Of a stretch of 64,000 nt of DNA, positions 27,783 to 37,451 are shown one piece after another (positions within the stretch are counted from its first letter, which is position 1; each line of letters starts with the position of its first letter). The DNA is from an uncultured Candidatus Saccharibacteria bacterium (GTDB lineage Bacteria > Patescibacteriota > Saccharimonadia > Saccharimonadales > Saccharimonadaceae), in assembly GCA_963718685.1 (NCBI GenBank), contig OY970356.1, positions 497,031 to 561,030 of the forward strand, in the 5' to 3' direction. The notes under the pieces are model-generated. The model worked only from the letters and a program-made list of their open reading frames with translations. It made no database searches and was not told the DNA's origin. Made by a program: the position numbers and the translations under genes.

Positions 27783-27833
27783 ACGAAATTTCTCCTGCCT
27801 GCCCGCCGCTTTACTTTTAGTTTAACAAATTAC

Positions 27834-30431
27834 TCAACGATTTTTCTTACGATTTTGTCTTTGCGTCTTGCGCTTCTTGCGCTTCACTTTCTTAGACTTG
27901 CTCACACTGCCGGTTTTCTTAACATTAAAGTTAGCTTCTTTGCCGCCGCTGGTTATTTCATTAACACCCGCTTCTACGGCGCCTTCTGCGGCTTTGGTAA
28001 GCTCGGTTTCGTAAGTTTCTTCTTGTTGCACAATGTCTGCTCTGGAAACATGCATAATCGCCTTCAAAACTTCATTAGATAAAGTGTCTTGTAAAGAGTC
28101 GTAGAGTTTTTGTGATTCATGGCGATACTCTACCAACGGATCGCGCTGCCCCACGCTGCGCCAATGAATACCCTCACGTAAATGCTGCATATTTTCCAAA
28201 TGCTGCATCCACAAAGTATCTAAAATCTGCAGGTAAATCTCACGTTCGGCTGCGCGCATAATTTCGCTAGTAAGGGATTTTTCTTTCTTTTCATAAAGCT
28301 TTTTAACTGCCTTTAGGGCTGCGTCAAAACGTTCTTTGTCTTTTTTGATTGCACCGATTTTCTTGATTTCTTTATTTTCCAGCGGAAAAACGGTTTCAAA
28401 TTCCTGGGCGAATTGCGGATTATTTTTTGCCGGCACAATCGTTAAAGTGCGCAGTTTATTTGCAATCAGTTTTTCAATTTCCGGCTTGATGTCTTCGCCT
28501 TCCAAAATGCCGCGGCGAATCTTGTAAACCGCGGTGCGGTGGCGGTTGATGACGTTATCGTATTGCACCACGTTTTTTCGGGTGTCAAAGTTATAGCCTT
28601 CGACTCGTTTCTGGGCAGCTTCCAGGGTTTTAGAAACGGCTTTGTTTTGAATCGGCATGTCTTCTTCTACTCCCAGGCGCTCCATGAGTTTAGCAATGCG
28701 TTCGCCCTGGAAAATCCTCATCAAATCATCTTCGGTAGAAACATAAAATTGAGTAACACCCGGGTCGCCCTGACGGCCGCCACGACCACGTAGCTGGTTG
28801 TCAATACGTCGTGCTTCGTGGCGTTCGGAACCAATCACCACCAAACCGCCCAGTTCCCGTACGCCTTTGCCAAGTACAATGTCAGTACCGCGGCCGGCAA
28901 TGTTAGTAGCCAGCGTAACCGCGCCTTTTTCGCCGGCTTTGGCGACAGTCGCAGCTTCTCGTTCGTTATTTTTAGCATTTAAAAGCGCGTGTGAAATCTT
29001 TGCCCGGTTCAAAGCCTGGCTAATAAGTTCGTTCTTAGCAATCGATGCGCTACCGATTAACACTGGCCGGCCGGCTTTTTGGTGCTCGGCAACTTCTCTT
29101 ACCAAAGCTTTGACTTTGCCAGCTTCGGTTTTGAAAATAAGATCATTGCGGTCTTCACGAACAATCGGTTTGTTAGACGGAATTTGCACCACTTCCAGGC
29201 CATAAATCTGTTGGAATTCTTCCGCTTCAGTATAAGCCGTGCCTGTCATACCGGAAAGTTTCTTATAAATTCTAAAGTAATTCTGGAAGCTGATAGTAGC
29301 CAGTGTCATACTTTCTTGGAGCACCGGAACATTTTCTTTAGCCTCAATTGCCTGGTGCAAGCCTTCGTTATAGCGCCGTCCTTGCATCAAACGACCGGTA
29401 AATTCATCAACGATTACTACTTCATTATCAGTAGTAACTACGTAATCTTTGTCTCGTTTAAACAGGGCTTGGGCACGCAAAGCTTGGTCCATGTGGTAAA
29501 CCACGCGGACATTGTCCGGGCTGTATAAATTTTTTATTCCAAGCATTTTTTGAACTTTTTCAACGCCCTTGTCACTTAGCGCCACACTGCGGCGCTTCTC
29601 GTCTAAAACGTAATCTTCGGGCACTAATTTTTTAGCGGTAGCCGCAAATTGCATATAGCTTTCAGGGCTTTCCGCAGCCGGGGCGGAAATAATCAGCGGC
29701 GTCCTAGCTTCGTCAATTAAAATTGAGTCTACTTCGTCGACAATCGCAAAGTTAAGCTCTCGTTGTCGCAGCAGCTCAACTTCATTTACCATGTTGTCGC
29801 GCAGATAATCAAAACCGAACTCGTTATTCGTACCGTATGTAACATCAGCGTTATAAGCTTCCTTGCGCGTAGCCGGACGAAGCTTGCGTATGCGCGGATC
29901 GTCGTGGTCTTTGTTGTCGTACTTAGCATCGTAAATAAACGAAGCTTCATTAATAATTACTCCTGTTGAAAGGCCAAGAAAATCATAAAGCTCGCCCATC
30001 CAGCCGGTATCGCGCTGTGCCAAGTAATCGTTTACCGTCACTACGTGCACACCCTTGCCCGTCAGTGCGTTCAAGTAAACCGGCAGCGTCGCTACCAGCG
30101 TCTTACCTTCACCGGTTTTCATTTCAGCTACATCACCATCGTGCAAAGCCATGCCGCCAATTAGCTGCACGTCAAAGTGACGCATGCCAAGCGTTCGGGT
30201 TGAAGCCTCTCGCACCAGAGCAAAAGCATCCGGCAAAAGGTCGTCTAGGTTAGTCTTTTTGTCTTCCAGTTGTTTTTTAAAAACCGCAGTTTGCTTTTTA
30301 AGCTGGGCATCGCTCATCTTGCGATATTTTTCTGTAAGATCATTAATAGCCGCGACACGCTTTTTAAGACGCTTTAAAATACGCGCTTGCGGATCCCCAA
30401 ATACTTTGGTTAAAACTTTTTTCATACTCAC
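27834..30431 (-). CDS. secA: preprotein translocase ATPase SecA
   Basis: MKTGEGKTLVATLP Walker A, DEVDSILIDEARTPLIIS, 865 aa, basic C-terminal tail. Confidence 0.95.
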   Translation of the reverse strand: MSMKKVLTKVFGDPQARILKRLKKRVAAINDLTEKYRKMSDAQLKKQTAVFKKQLEDKKTNLDDLLPDAFALVREASTRTLGMRHFDVQLIGGMALHDGDVAEMKTGEGKTLVATLPVYLNALTGKGVHVVTVNDYLAQRDTGWMGELYDFLGLSTGVIINEASFIYDAKYDNKDHDDPRIRKLRPATRKEAYNADVTYGTNNEFGFDYLRDNMVNEVELLRQRELNFAIVDEVDSILIDEARTPLIISAPAAESPESYMQFAATAKKLVPEDYVLDEKRRSVALSDKGVEKVQKMLGIKNLYSPDNVRVVYHMDQALRAQALFKRDKDYVVTTDNEVVIVDEFTGRLMQGRRYNEGLHQAIEAKENVPVLQESMTLATISFQNYFRIYKKLSGMTGTAYTEAEEFQQIYGLEVVQIPSNKPIVREDRNDLIFKTEAGKVKALVREVAEHQKAGRPVLIGSASIAKNELISQALNRAKISHALLNAKNNEREAATVAKAGEKGAVTLATNIAGRGTDIVLGKGVRELGGLVVIGSERHEARRIDNQLRGRGGRQGDPGVTQFYVSTEDDLMRIFQGERIAKLMERLGVEEDMPIQNKAVSKTLEAAQKRVEGYNFDTRKNVVQYDNVINRHRTAVYKIRRGILEGEDIKPEIEKLIANKLRTLTIVPAKNNPQFAQEFETVFPLENKEIKKIGAIKKDKERFDAALKAVKKLYEKKEKSLTSEIMRAAEREIYLQILDTLWMQHLENMQHLREGIHWRSVGQRDPLVEYRHESQKLYDSLQDTLSNEVLKAIMHVSRADIVQQEETYETELTKAAEGAVEAGVNEITSGGKEANFNVKKTGSVSKSKKVKRKKRKTQRQNRKKNR

Positions 30432-30530
30432 AGAGTCCCTCTAATTAATGCATTAGCAATCTGATGCCATTATACGCGGTTTACCCTCAGGTTAAAAGGC
30501 TAACGAGATAGTTTATTGTTCAGTTTTATG

Positions 30531-30887
30531 CTAGCTGCCAAAACGTCTAAACAAACTGCGCTTGCCACGTTGCTGTAGGCGCTCGGCTTTATATTTTTTA
30601 AGTTGATTTTTTATTTTTTCTTCAACAATATCAATTGCTGCAAACATATTAACCGTTGATTCCTTGGCAGTTAAGATATGGTGAGGAGCGTGAAAAACTA
30701 CATCGCATTCATATTTATTACCATGGCTACGATTAACTTGCTTTAGCTTCACGTCAACATGTAAGCTTTTGCGCGCATGACGCGGTAAATATTTATCTAG
30801 CCGGCCAATCTTCTTATTAACATAACGTTTGGTAGCTGCATCCAGCTCATAGCCACGAAGACCACTAAGGGTGATATTTTTAATCAT
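30531..30887 (-). CDS. hpf: ribosome hibernation-promoting factor (HPF/RaiA family)
   Basis: 118 aa, ...YVNKKIGRLDKYL... layout, AAGGAGGAG SD. Confidence 0.75.
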   Translation of the reverse strand: MIKNITLSGLRGYELDAATKRYVNKKIGRLDKYLPRHARKSLHVDVKLKQVNRSHGNKYECDVVFHAPHHILTAKESTVNMFAAIDIVEEKIKNQLKKYKAERLQQRGKRSLFRRFGS

Positions 30888-30943
30888 AGCTCCTCCTTTA
30901 CTGCACTACTTTTCATCGTAGCACCTACTATAATTATACCTCT

Positions 30944-32242
30944 TTATAGCAAGGTAGAGCTACCCATATAAGAGCGTAGAGCTTCTGGAATTTCTACGTC
31001 GCCGTTTTCTTTTTGATAGTTTTCCAAAATGGCAATCGGCGTTCGGCTCAGAGCCAGTGCAGTAGCATCGTTGGTGTGAACAAGCTGAATGCTACCATCG
31101 CTCTTACGTACTCTGGTTTTAAGCCGGCGGGCTTGGTAGTCGGTCATATAGTCAGCTGTGTGAGTTTCGCGGTATTTATTCTGACCAGGCAGCCAGGCTT
31201 CAATATCCACGCCACGTGCGTTCGGTTTGCCAATATCTGCCATACACTTCATAACAACTTGATATGGTAGCCCAAGCATCTGCATAAGTTTTTCTTGGAT
31301 AGCTATCATAAACAAATGCTCTTGCTTGCCTTCCTCGGCTAAACCTAAGGTTTCCATTTCCAATTTATCAAATTGGTGCATGCGGAACATACCTTCCATA
31401 TCTTTACCGTAACTCCCCGCCTCACGTCTAAAACTTGTAGCGTAGCCTAAATAGCGAATCGGTAGTTCATTTTCAGGTAAAATTTCATTCACATGCATAC
31501 TACCTAGCACGTGCTCAGCACTGCCTTGCAGCCATAAATCTTCACCTTCAATCTTATATCTATCTTCACGCGGCTCTAACCTATCCATCGCGTCATAAAT
31601 ATCAGTACGAATCATATATGGCGGCAATACCGGACTAAAAGGTTTGTTGCTAACTTTAAGATTGTTTTCCTTTATGACTTCATCAATAAAAGCTTGGTCG
31701 GTTAGCTTGTCTAGTACGAATTGGATGATGGCAAAATGCAGCCTGACCAAATCACCTTTCAAATAATTAAATCTTGCACCGGCAACTTTAGCTGCCCGCT
31801 CCTTATCAAGCCAACCTTTTTGCTGAGCAATTTCAGCATGATTTTTTGGTTTAAAATTAAATTCAGGTTTTTGGCCAACCGTTTTAACAACTACATTTTC
31901 TTCTTCATTAGTGCCGACTGGTACATCTTCTTCAGCCAAGTTTGGTATTTCTTTAAGAAGCTTTAAAAATTCTTCTTCGGTTAAAGTAAGGTCGGCTTCC
32001 AAAGTGGCTAGTTTTTCTTTGATTTTCTTGCCTTCTTCTACCAGCTCAGGTGTTGGTTTGCCGCCCTTCATCTTGCCGGCGACTTCATTACGTTTAGCAC
32101 GCAATTCGTCGGCTTGCTGTTGCAACTTACGGCGCCTATCATCAACTTCCAAAATAAGGTCTACGTCTATGTCGTAGCCTTTTTGTTTGCTGTTTTCTTT
32201 GACTCGCGCCGCATTATCGCGTACATAGCGAATATCTAACAT
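30944..32242 (-). CDS. serS: serine--tRNA ligase
   Basis: The MLDIRYVRDN start at 32242 matches the canonical SerRS N-terminus. Coiled-coil arm plus class II core. The track ORF runs upstream to 32368. Confidence 0.9.
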   Translation of the reverse strand: MLDIRYVRDNAARVKENSKQKGYDIDVDLILEVDDRRRKLQQQADELRAKRNEVAGKMKGGKPTPELVEEGKKIKEKLATLEADLTLTEEEFLKLLKEIPNLAEEDVPVGTNEEENVVVKTVGQKPEFNFKPKNHAEIAQQKGWLDKERAAKVAGARFNYLKGDLVRLHFAIIQFVLDKLTDQAFIDEVIKENNLKVSNKPFSPVLPPYMIRTDIYDAMDRLEPREDRYKIEGEDLWLQGSAEHVLGSMHVNEILPENELPIRYLGYATSFRREAGSYGKDMEGMFRMHQFDKLEMETLGLAEEGKQEHLFMIAIQEKLMQMLGLPYQVVMKCMADIGKPNARGVDIEAWLPGQNKYRETHTADYMTDYQARRLKTRVRKSDGSIQLVHTNDATALALSRTPIAILENYQKENGDVEIPEALRSYMGSSTLL

Positions 32243-32248
32243 GGCTCT

Positions 32249-32257
32249 AGTATACCA
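32249..32257 (-). promoter_or_regulatory. extended -10 (TGGTATACT) 6 nt upstream of the serS ATG
   Basis: Minus strand reads TGGTATACTAGAGCCATG, no SD. Confidence 0.4.
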
Positions 32258-32258
32258 G

Positions 32259-33038
32259 CTAATTAGACTCTGATCGGCTTTTCTCGGCTTCTCTTTCCTG
32301 ACGGCGTGCAATCGCTCCTTCAACGCCATAAATTCTTTGGGATAAATCACTGTCAGTCCCGAAGCCACCTAAAGTCGCATCTAATAGTCCGCTGGTCACT
32401 TTGTCGTGCTGCGGTGTCATTCCCACCACTTCTACTAACTTTGCGCCATTCCCATAATTACCGCCAATAATCACTTCTTCGCTAAGGTGCGGATCAGCCA
32501 TGGCGGTTTGCCGACTAGTGTGGCAAGTAAAGCGAGTTGGGTCTTTATAGCTCATATTAGAACGTTCATAGACTATTGATAGCTTCAAGCTGTCACCTGT
32601 CGAATTTTCAACTTCGAGTGGATTCGGGTCGCGGCTGAAAATAACGTAACGCCTGGTCAATTCACTTTCTACTTCATAGACCATCATCACAGAGTCAAAA
32701 CCTTCGTTCAGGCGCTCTAAAGGAATCACTTGTTCGCCTTTTTTAGAATGGATTCTAGCCCTATAATTAGGCTGAACTTCTCTGTTACCAGAGTAATTGT
32801 AAATTGGCGGCAGAACAGCTTCGCGGCCCTTTCCTTCTTTGGACGTATCGATGTTACTGGAGCTTTCTCGCACCGAAACGTGAAAGCCGGGTACTGCCAC
32901 ATGATTTGGAGCGGTACCTAAAAATTGAATGGCTTCATAAGCTTTCTTGCCTAAAAAACGCATTGTTTTCTTTAACCGTGAAGGATGGTTAGGGCTATCA
33001 TCAGCATAGCCACCTTCAAATTCGTGAGCTCCTAGCAT
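32259..33038 (-). CDS. hypothetical soluble protein
   Basis: 259-aa ORF, no motif recognised. Confidence 0.5.
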   Translation of the reverse strand: MLGAHEFEGGYADDSPNHPSRLKKTMRFLGKKAYEAIQFLGTAPNHVAVPGFHVSVRESSSNIDTSKEGKGREAVLPPIYNYSGNREVQPNYRARIHSKKGEQVIPLERLNEGFDSVMMVYEVESELTRRYVIFSRDPNPLEVENSTGDSLKLSIVYERSNMSYKDPTRFTCHTSRQTAMADPHLSEEVIIGGNYGNGAKLVEVVGMTPQHDKVTSGLLDATLGGFGTDSDLSQRIYGVEGAIARRQEREAEKSRSESN

Positions 33039-33062
33039 AGGGCTATTTTACAATAAAACAGT

Positions 33063-33857
33063 TTATGAGGCAATGTCGCGGTTTCGGTAAAAGAACGCGG
33101 CTATCAGCAAACTTACGATTGCTACGCCACTCATTACTGCCGCATGTTTCCAGTCGATCGCGCTGATGAAAATAGCCGGTTGTTCATAGTAATGATAAAG
33201 CGTAAATTTAGCCGCAAATTCCAAGTCTTTAATATTCGCCGCCAAAGTTGGGATCAAAATATTCGCCGCTACATACAAAGACGCTATCAGGGTGGTTAGG
33301 CCTTTTTTGCCGGTGGCAAGGCCTAGCATCAAAGTTAAGCTAGCCGTACTGGCCGTCAGCAGCCAAATCAAAAAGCTCGACTCCAAAACATGGTTCATGC
33401 CTACTGTTTCGTGAATCGAAACCACGCCGACCAAAACGCCAACGCCGCAAGCCGCAGCTATAACCATCGACATTATTAAAATAGCCAGCCATTTGGCAGT
33501 TACTGTTTTAATTCGCCCGATTGGCAAAGTCTGCAGAGTCTTTAAAGTTCCTTTGTCTTCTTCGCTCACGCTCAAGTTAAGCCCTACGATAACCGCAAAA
33601 ATCAAAGTTACCAAAGGTAGGCGAAAGTTCAACACTTGCTGGCTGATGTAATGGTCTATCTGCGTCCAGCTGAGCGTATCGCCAAGCAGACCTTTTAGCT
33701 GATCTGGAGCATGTTGGGTAAGCTGCTCAAAACTGCCGCTGCCTTTAATGGTCGGGAAGAAAACTATGGTCAGCCAAGCCATAAAAATCGCACCAAGCGA
33801 CCAGCCAAGCAACGCCCAGCGCTTGTCTTTCAAGCTTTGCCACAGCAGCCACATCAT
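33063..33857 (-). CDS. ABC-2-type transporter permease
   Basis: Six hydrophobic segments, 4-bp overlap with the upstream ATPase gene. Confidence 0.6.
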   Translation of the reverse strand: MMWLLWQSLKDKRWALLGWSLGAIFMAWLTIVFFPTIKGSGSFEQLTQHAPDQLKGLLGDTLSWTQIDHYISQQVLNFRLPLVTLIFAVIVGLNLSVSEEDKGTLKTLQTLPIGRIKTVTAKWLAILIMSMVIAAACGVGVLVGVVSIHETVGMNHVLESSFLIWLLTASTASLTLMLGLATGKKGLTTLIASLYVAANILIPTLAANIKDLEFAAKFTLYHYYEQPAIFISAIDWKHAAVMSGVAIVSLLIAAFFYRNRDIAS

Positions 33858-34816
33858 GACTTTTGCTCCTCTTCTTCAGACTCGTAATAACGCATAAACA
33901 GTTCGTCCAGCTCCGGCGGCGCAATAGTAATATCCTCAATTTTCGGCAACGGCAGTGAAATCAAAACTTCGTTAGGTTTACCGCTCATTTCAAAGTGTGC
34001 CAAGCCATCGCTAATAGTAAAGTTCTCAACTCCGCCCAGGCGGCTAACTTGTTTTAGCACGCTATGAGCCGCGCGAATCGTCACTCGTTTTCTTACTTTG
34101 CCCATCAACTTATTCAGCGGTCCCACGGCAATCACTTTGCCTTCTTTAATAAACGCCACGCGGTCGCACAAAATCTGCACTTCGCTTAACACGTGCGAAG
34201 AAACAAAAGCTGTGCCGCCCGCCTCCCGATATTCGGCCATAAGGCGGTTAAACTCTTGCTGAATCAGCGGATCCAGCCCGCTGGTTGGTTCATCAAAAAT
34301 CAGCAGTTTGGTATCGCGTGCCATCGCAGCAATCAAACCGATTTTTTGGCGGTTCCCGCGTGAAAGCGCTTTAATTTTCTTTTTCAAATCTGCCCTTAGG
34401 CGCTTGGCTAAAACTTGAACCCGCTGCTTAGAAATATTGCCGCTAATCCTGCCCACCAGCTGTATATATTGCTCACCCGTCAAGTGGTCGTAAAATTCCA
34501 TATCGCCCGCTAAATAGCCGACATCACGCCGCAAGCTGGCGTTATTTTTAACCGGCTGGCCTAAGATAGAAATCTCGCCTTGATTCGGGCGAATTACATC
34601 CAGCAGCAAATTAATCGTAGTACTTTTGCCTGCTCCGTTCGGGCCCAAAAAGCCCAGCACTTCGCCTTCTTTAACCTCTAAATCAACACCTTCAATCCCG
34701 CGACTATGATGACTATAATGCTTTGTAACATTTTTTAGTTCAATCACAGTCTGTTTGTGGGCTGCTTGTGTTGTCATCTTACCTACAAATATACGCTGAC
34801 TTTGCAGCTCAGGCAA
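33854..34816 (-). CDS. ABC transporter ATP-binding protein
   Basis: Walker A GPNGAGKST, signature LSRGNRQK, Walker B LLIFDEPT. The internal Met14 (MTTQAAHK) is a likely true start. Confidence 0.85.
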   Translation of the reverse strand: MPELQSQRIFVGKMTTQAAHKQTVIELKNVTKHYSHHSRGIEGVDLEVKEGEVLGFLGPNGAGKSTTINLLLDVIRPNQGEISILGQPVKNNASLRRDVGYLAGDMEFYDHLTGEQYIQLVGRISGNISKQRVQVLAKRLRADLKKKIKALSRGNRQKIGLIAAMARDTKLLIFDEPTSGLDPLIQQEFNRLMAEYREAGGTAFVSSHVLSEVQILCDRVAFIKEGKVIAVGPLNKLMGKVRKRVTIRAAHSVLKQVSRLGGVENFTISDGLAHFEMSGKPNEVLISLPLPKIEDITIAPPELDELFMRYYESEEEEQKS

Positions 34817-34819
34817 GCT

Positions 34820-36022
34820 TTAACTGTGGTAATAGCGCTTTAGCCAAGTCTCTTTAAAATCTTCAAAGTTCTGCTCTTCAATGCTTTTTCGAATGTCGTC
34901 CACCAGCTTCACAATAAACCTTTCATTGTGAATCGTCGCCAAAGTTGCGGCCAAGATTTCTTTGGCTCTGAAAAGATGCTGCAAATATGCTTTGGTGTAA
35001 TGCCCACAGGTGTAACAATCGCAGTTTTCATCTAGTGGCGTAAAGTCTGTTTTATAACGTGCTCCGCGAATGTTAATTCGCCCAGTCGGCGTATATAAGC
35101 TGGCGTTTCGCGCCACGCGGGCAGGTGAAACGCAATCAAACGTATCAATCCCCTGCTCAATGGCGATAAAAATATCATCCGGCTCGCTAATGCCCAGCAA
35201 ATGGCGTGGTTTGTTTTCAGGCAGCTCTCCGTTCACCCAGCGTAAAATCTCGCCTAGTCTAGATTTTTCAATCGCGCCGCCAATCCCAAAACCATCAAAG
35301 TCTAGCTTACTCAAATCTTTGGCGGCCTTTCGGCGCAAATCTTCATAATTCGCCCCTTGCACTACGCCTAGCAAAGCTTGGTAAGGTTTACTCGGCTGCT
35401 GTTTGCTTAGTTTTTTATGCTCGGCAATGCAACGTCTCGCCCAATTCAGCGTACGCTCCAACGCTTCCACCTGATATTCATAACTATCGTGCAAAGTCGT
35501 CAGCTCATCAAAAGCAAAGATGATATCCGCGCCTATCTTGTGCTGCACTTGCATGGAAATTTCCGGTGTAAACCAGTGCATACTGCCATCTAGGTGCGAC
35601 TTAAAAGTTACGCCCTCATCGTCCACCCAAGCCAGCCGCTCTTTTTTGCTCGGCGGTTTTTCAAGCTCCTGGCCTTCCATATCAACCACTTTTTTAAAAC
35701 CAACGCCCAGCGACATCACCTGAAAGCCACCCGAATCGGTAAATGTCGGCTTGCTCCAATTCATAAATTCGCCCAAACCGCCCGCCGCTTCCACTACATC
35801 CGCGCCTGGCTGCAGATATAAATGATAGGCATTTGCTAACACGGCCTGCGCGCCCAGAGTTTCAAGTTGCTCTGGCACTAGCGCCTTTAAAGTAGCCTTC
35901 GTGCCAACGGCAATGAAAGCCGGCGTTTTAATTTCGCCATGAGGCGTAGAAATGACACCCGTTCTCGCTAGCGTGCCATCAAGTTTTTTGCCAACTTTAA
36001 AACCAAATTTATTCTGAGTCAC
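34820..36022 (-). CDS. tgt: tRNA-guanine transglycosylase
   Basis: TDSGGFQV, LLGVVQG, zinc site CDCYTC...H, 400 aa, GTG start. Confidence 0.9.
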   Translation of the reverse strand: MTQNKFGFKVGKKLDGTLARTGVISTPHGEIKTPAFIAVGTKATLKALVPEQLETLGAQAVLANAYHLYLQPGADVVEAAGGLGEFMNWSKPTFTDSGGFQVMSLGVGFKKVVDMEGQELEKPPSKKERLAWVDDEGVTFKSHLDGSMHWFTPEISMQVQHKIGADIIFAFDELTTLHDSYEYQVEALERTLNWARRCIAEHKKLSKQQPSKPYQALLGVVQGANYEDLRRKAAKDLSKLDFDGFGIGGAIEKSRLGEILRWVNGELPENKPRHLLGISEPDDIFIAIEQGIDTFDCVSPARVARNASLYTPTGRINIRGARYKTDFTPLDENCDCYTCGHYTKAYLQHLFRAKEILAATLATIHNERFIVKLVDDIRKSIEEQNFEDFKETWLKRYYHS

Positions 36023-36056
36023 TTTATTCTAGATTACCTTATTTGCCCAAGAGCTA

Positions 36057-37010
36057 CTATTCAAGCTCAAGATCATCAAAACCCGCACGAACTCTTTCCA
36101 TGTTTGACTCAAGCTTAAAGTAAGAGTCAGATATAGGCACTATCATCATGTCTTCTTCATCACCCTCAACATAAGGATCCGCGCCGGTAAAAAGCAAAGC
36201 TGCCACAGACTCGGTGTCATTTTCGCCCGATGTATCACCTTTTAATGCCGGAACGGACACAAGCAAAATGCCAGAAGGCCTAGCAACTCTTCGCTGCCAG
36301 TCTGCAGCCTTTTTTCGCCTGAATACACCGCTACCCTCTTCGTCAGCTTGAGCCGAGAAATAAATTCCTTTGAACGCTACGCTATAGGGCACGGAGTCGT
36401 TAAAATTAAGCAGCTTGTTTAAGTAAGCTTCAACCATAGCCCTGAATTCGTTCGGATCCACCTTGTCGGGGTCATGATCAAACAAAAAGCCCTTCAATGC
36501 CTTAGTAGCCTCAACTACGCTATCACTGTTCAAAAGAGCTATATCCAAATCTGCCTTAAGGTCAGGGTAGTGATATGCCATAGCTTGCGCCGCTTCATCA
36601 TCTTTTTGTATAGCTGGCTTTATATCAACAGATTTTTCCTCGTCAGGATCAAGCAAAAGAGTATCGACGATTACTCCTTCGCTCATCACACCTAAATAAT
36701 GGCAGAGCTTGCGTTTGCCATCTTTTTCCATTACGCCGGCGCCTAAAGAAACTAGCCGTTGTTCGTTTAATAGAAGTTCCTTGCCTTCCGACGTATAAAC
36801 TTTTCCCGTTACCACACACATAGTGTCAAGATAATGCCAGTCTTCATCTAAACCATCGACCAGTTCGCCTACCGCTTCTGAGTCCATACCTTCTTGGTGA
36901 GCCACAATATCAGCATCTCGAATATCAGCGTGAAACCTTTGAAAGGCTGCATCTGGTTCAACTATTCTCTCTAGGTCTAAGCCACCTACTTGAAAACGTT
37001 CATCTGCCAC
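36057..37010 (-). CDS. acidic hypothetical protein
   Basis: 317-aa D/E-rich ORF, no motif recognised. Confidence 0.5.
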   Translation of the reverse strand: MADERFQVGGLDLERIVEPDAAFQRFHADIRDADIVAHQEGMDSEAVGELVDGLDEDWHYLDTMCVVTGKVYTSEGKELLLNEQRLVSLGAGVMEKDGKRKLCHYLGVMSEGVIVDTLLLDPDEEKSVDIKPAIQKDDEAAQAMAYHYPDLKADLDIALLNSDSVVEATKALKGFLFDHDPDKVDPNEFRAMVEAYLNKLLNFNDSVPYSVAFKGIYFSAQADEEGSGVFRRKKAADWQRRVARPSGILLVSVPALKGDTSGENDTESVAALLFTGADPYVEGDEEDMMIVPISDSYFKLESNMERVRAGFDDLELE

Positions 37011-37061
37011 AAAGCCACGCCTTTCTGCCCACTATTTAATACTTTATTTATTTTAACACAT

Positions 37062-37439
37062 TTACTCTGTTCCGTCGAGTTTATGTATGTGGTGATGATC
37101 CAAGCCAAAGTGGTGGGCAATTTCGTGCCACAAGGTGTGGCGCACCCGGGCTTTTAAATCGCCAATATCGCGGCTAGCCCAAATCAACGGCTTTTTAAAA
37201 AGCGTAATTTTATCCGGCAGCACCAGGTTATAGCCTGCGCCGCGCTTTGGCAGCGGCACGCCTTCGTAAAGGCCAAGCAGAGTTTGGTTATTTTTTAACT
37301 TAGCCTTCTGGCGCTGGGCTTGGCTTGGCTCGTCGTCATAAACGATAGCCACGTTATTCATCTGGGTAGTATATTTTTTAGGCAAACTTTCCAGCGCTTC
37401 TTCAGCAATAGCGGCAAATGTTTCATCCGAGACTTGCAT
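37062..37439 (-). CDS. small zincin-like metallopeptidase-family protein
   Basis: HEIAHHFG (HExxH) near the C-terminus, 125 aa. Confidence 0.65.
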   Translation of the reverse strand: MQVSDETFAAIAEEALESLPKKYTTQMNNVAIVYDDEPSQAQRQKAKLKNNQTLLGLYEGVPLPKRGAGYNLVLPDKITLFKKPLIWASRDIGDLKARVRHTLWHEIAHHFGLDHHHIHKLDGTE

Positions 37440-37451
37440 CTTAGCTGGTTT

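Noticed and set aside
32243-32368. N-terminal 42-aa extension of SerRS in the ORF track (overlapping the upstream gene)
   Set aside because: The canonical SerRS N-terminus MLDIRYVRDN begins at 32242. The extension overlaps the 3' end of the 32259-33038 gene and has no homology-like features.
33854-34816. Possible frame problem near 34798-34802 in the ABC ATPase gene
   Set aside because: Reading the T-run across the line break by eye gave one T more than the supplied translation implies. Both ends of the ORF are consistent with the coordinates, so I attribute this to my own miscount and not to a real feature.
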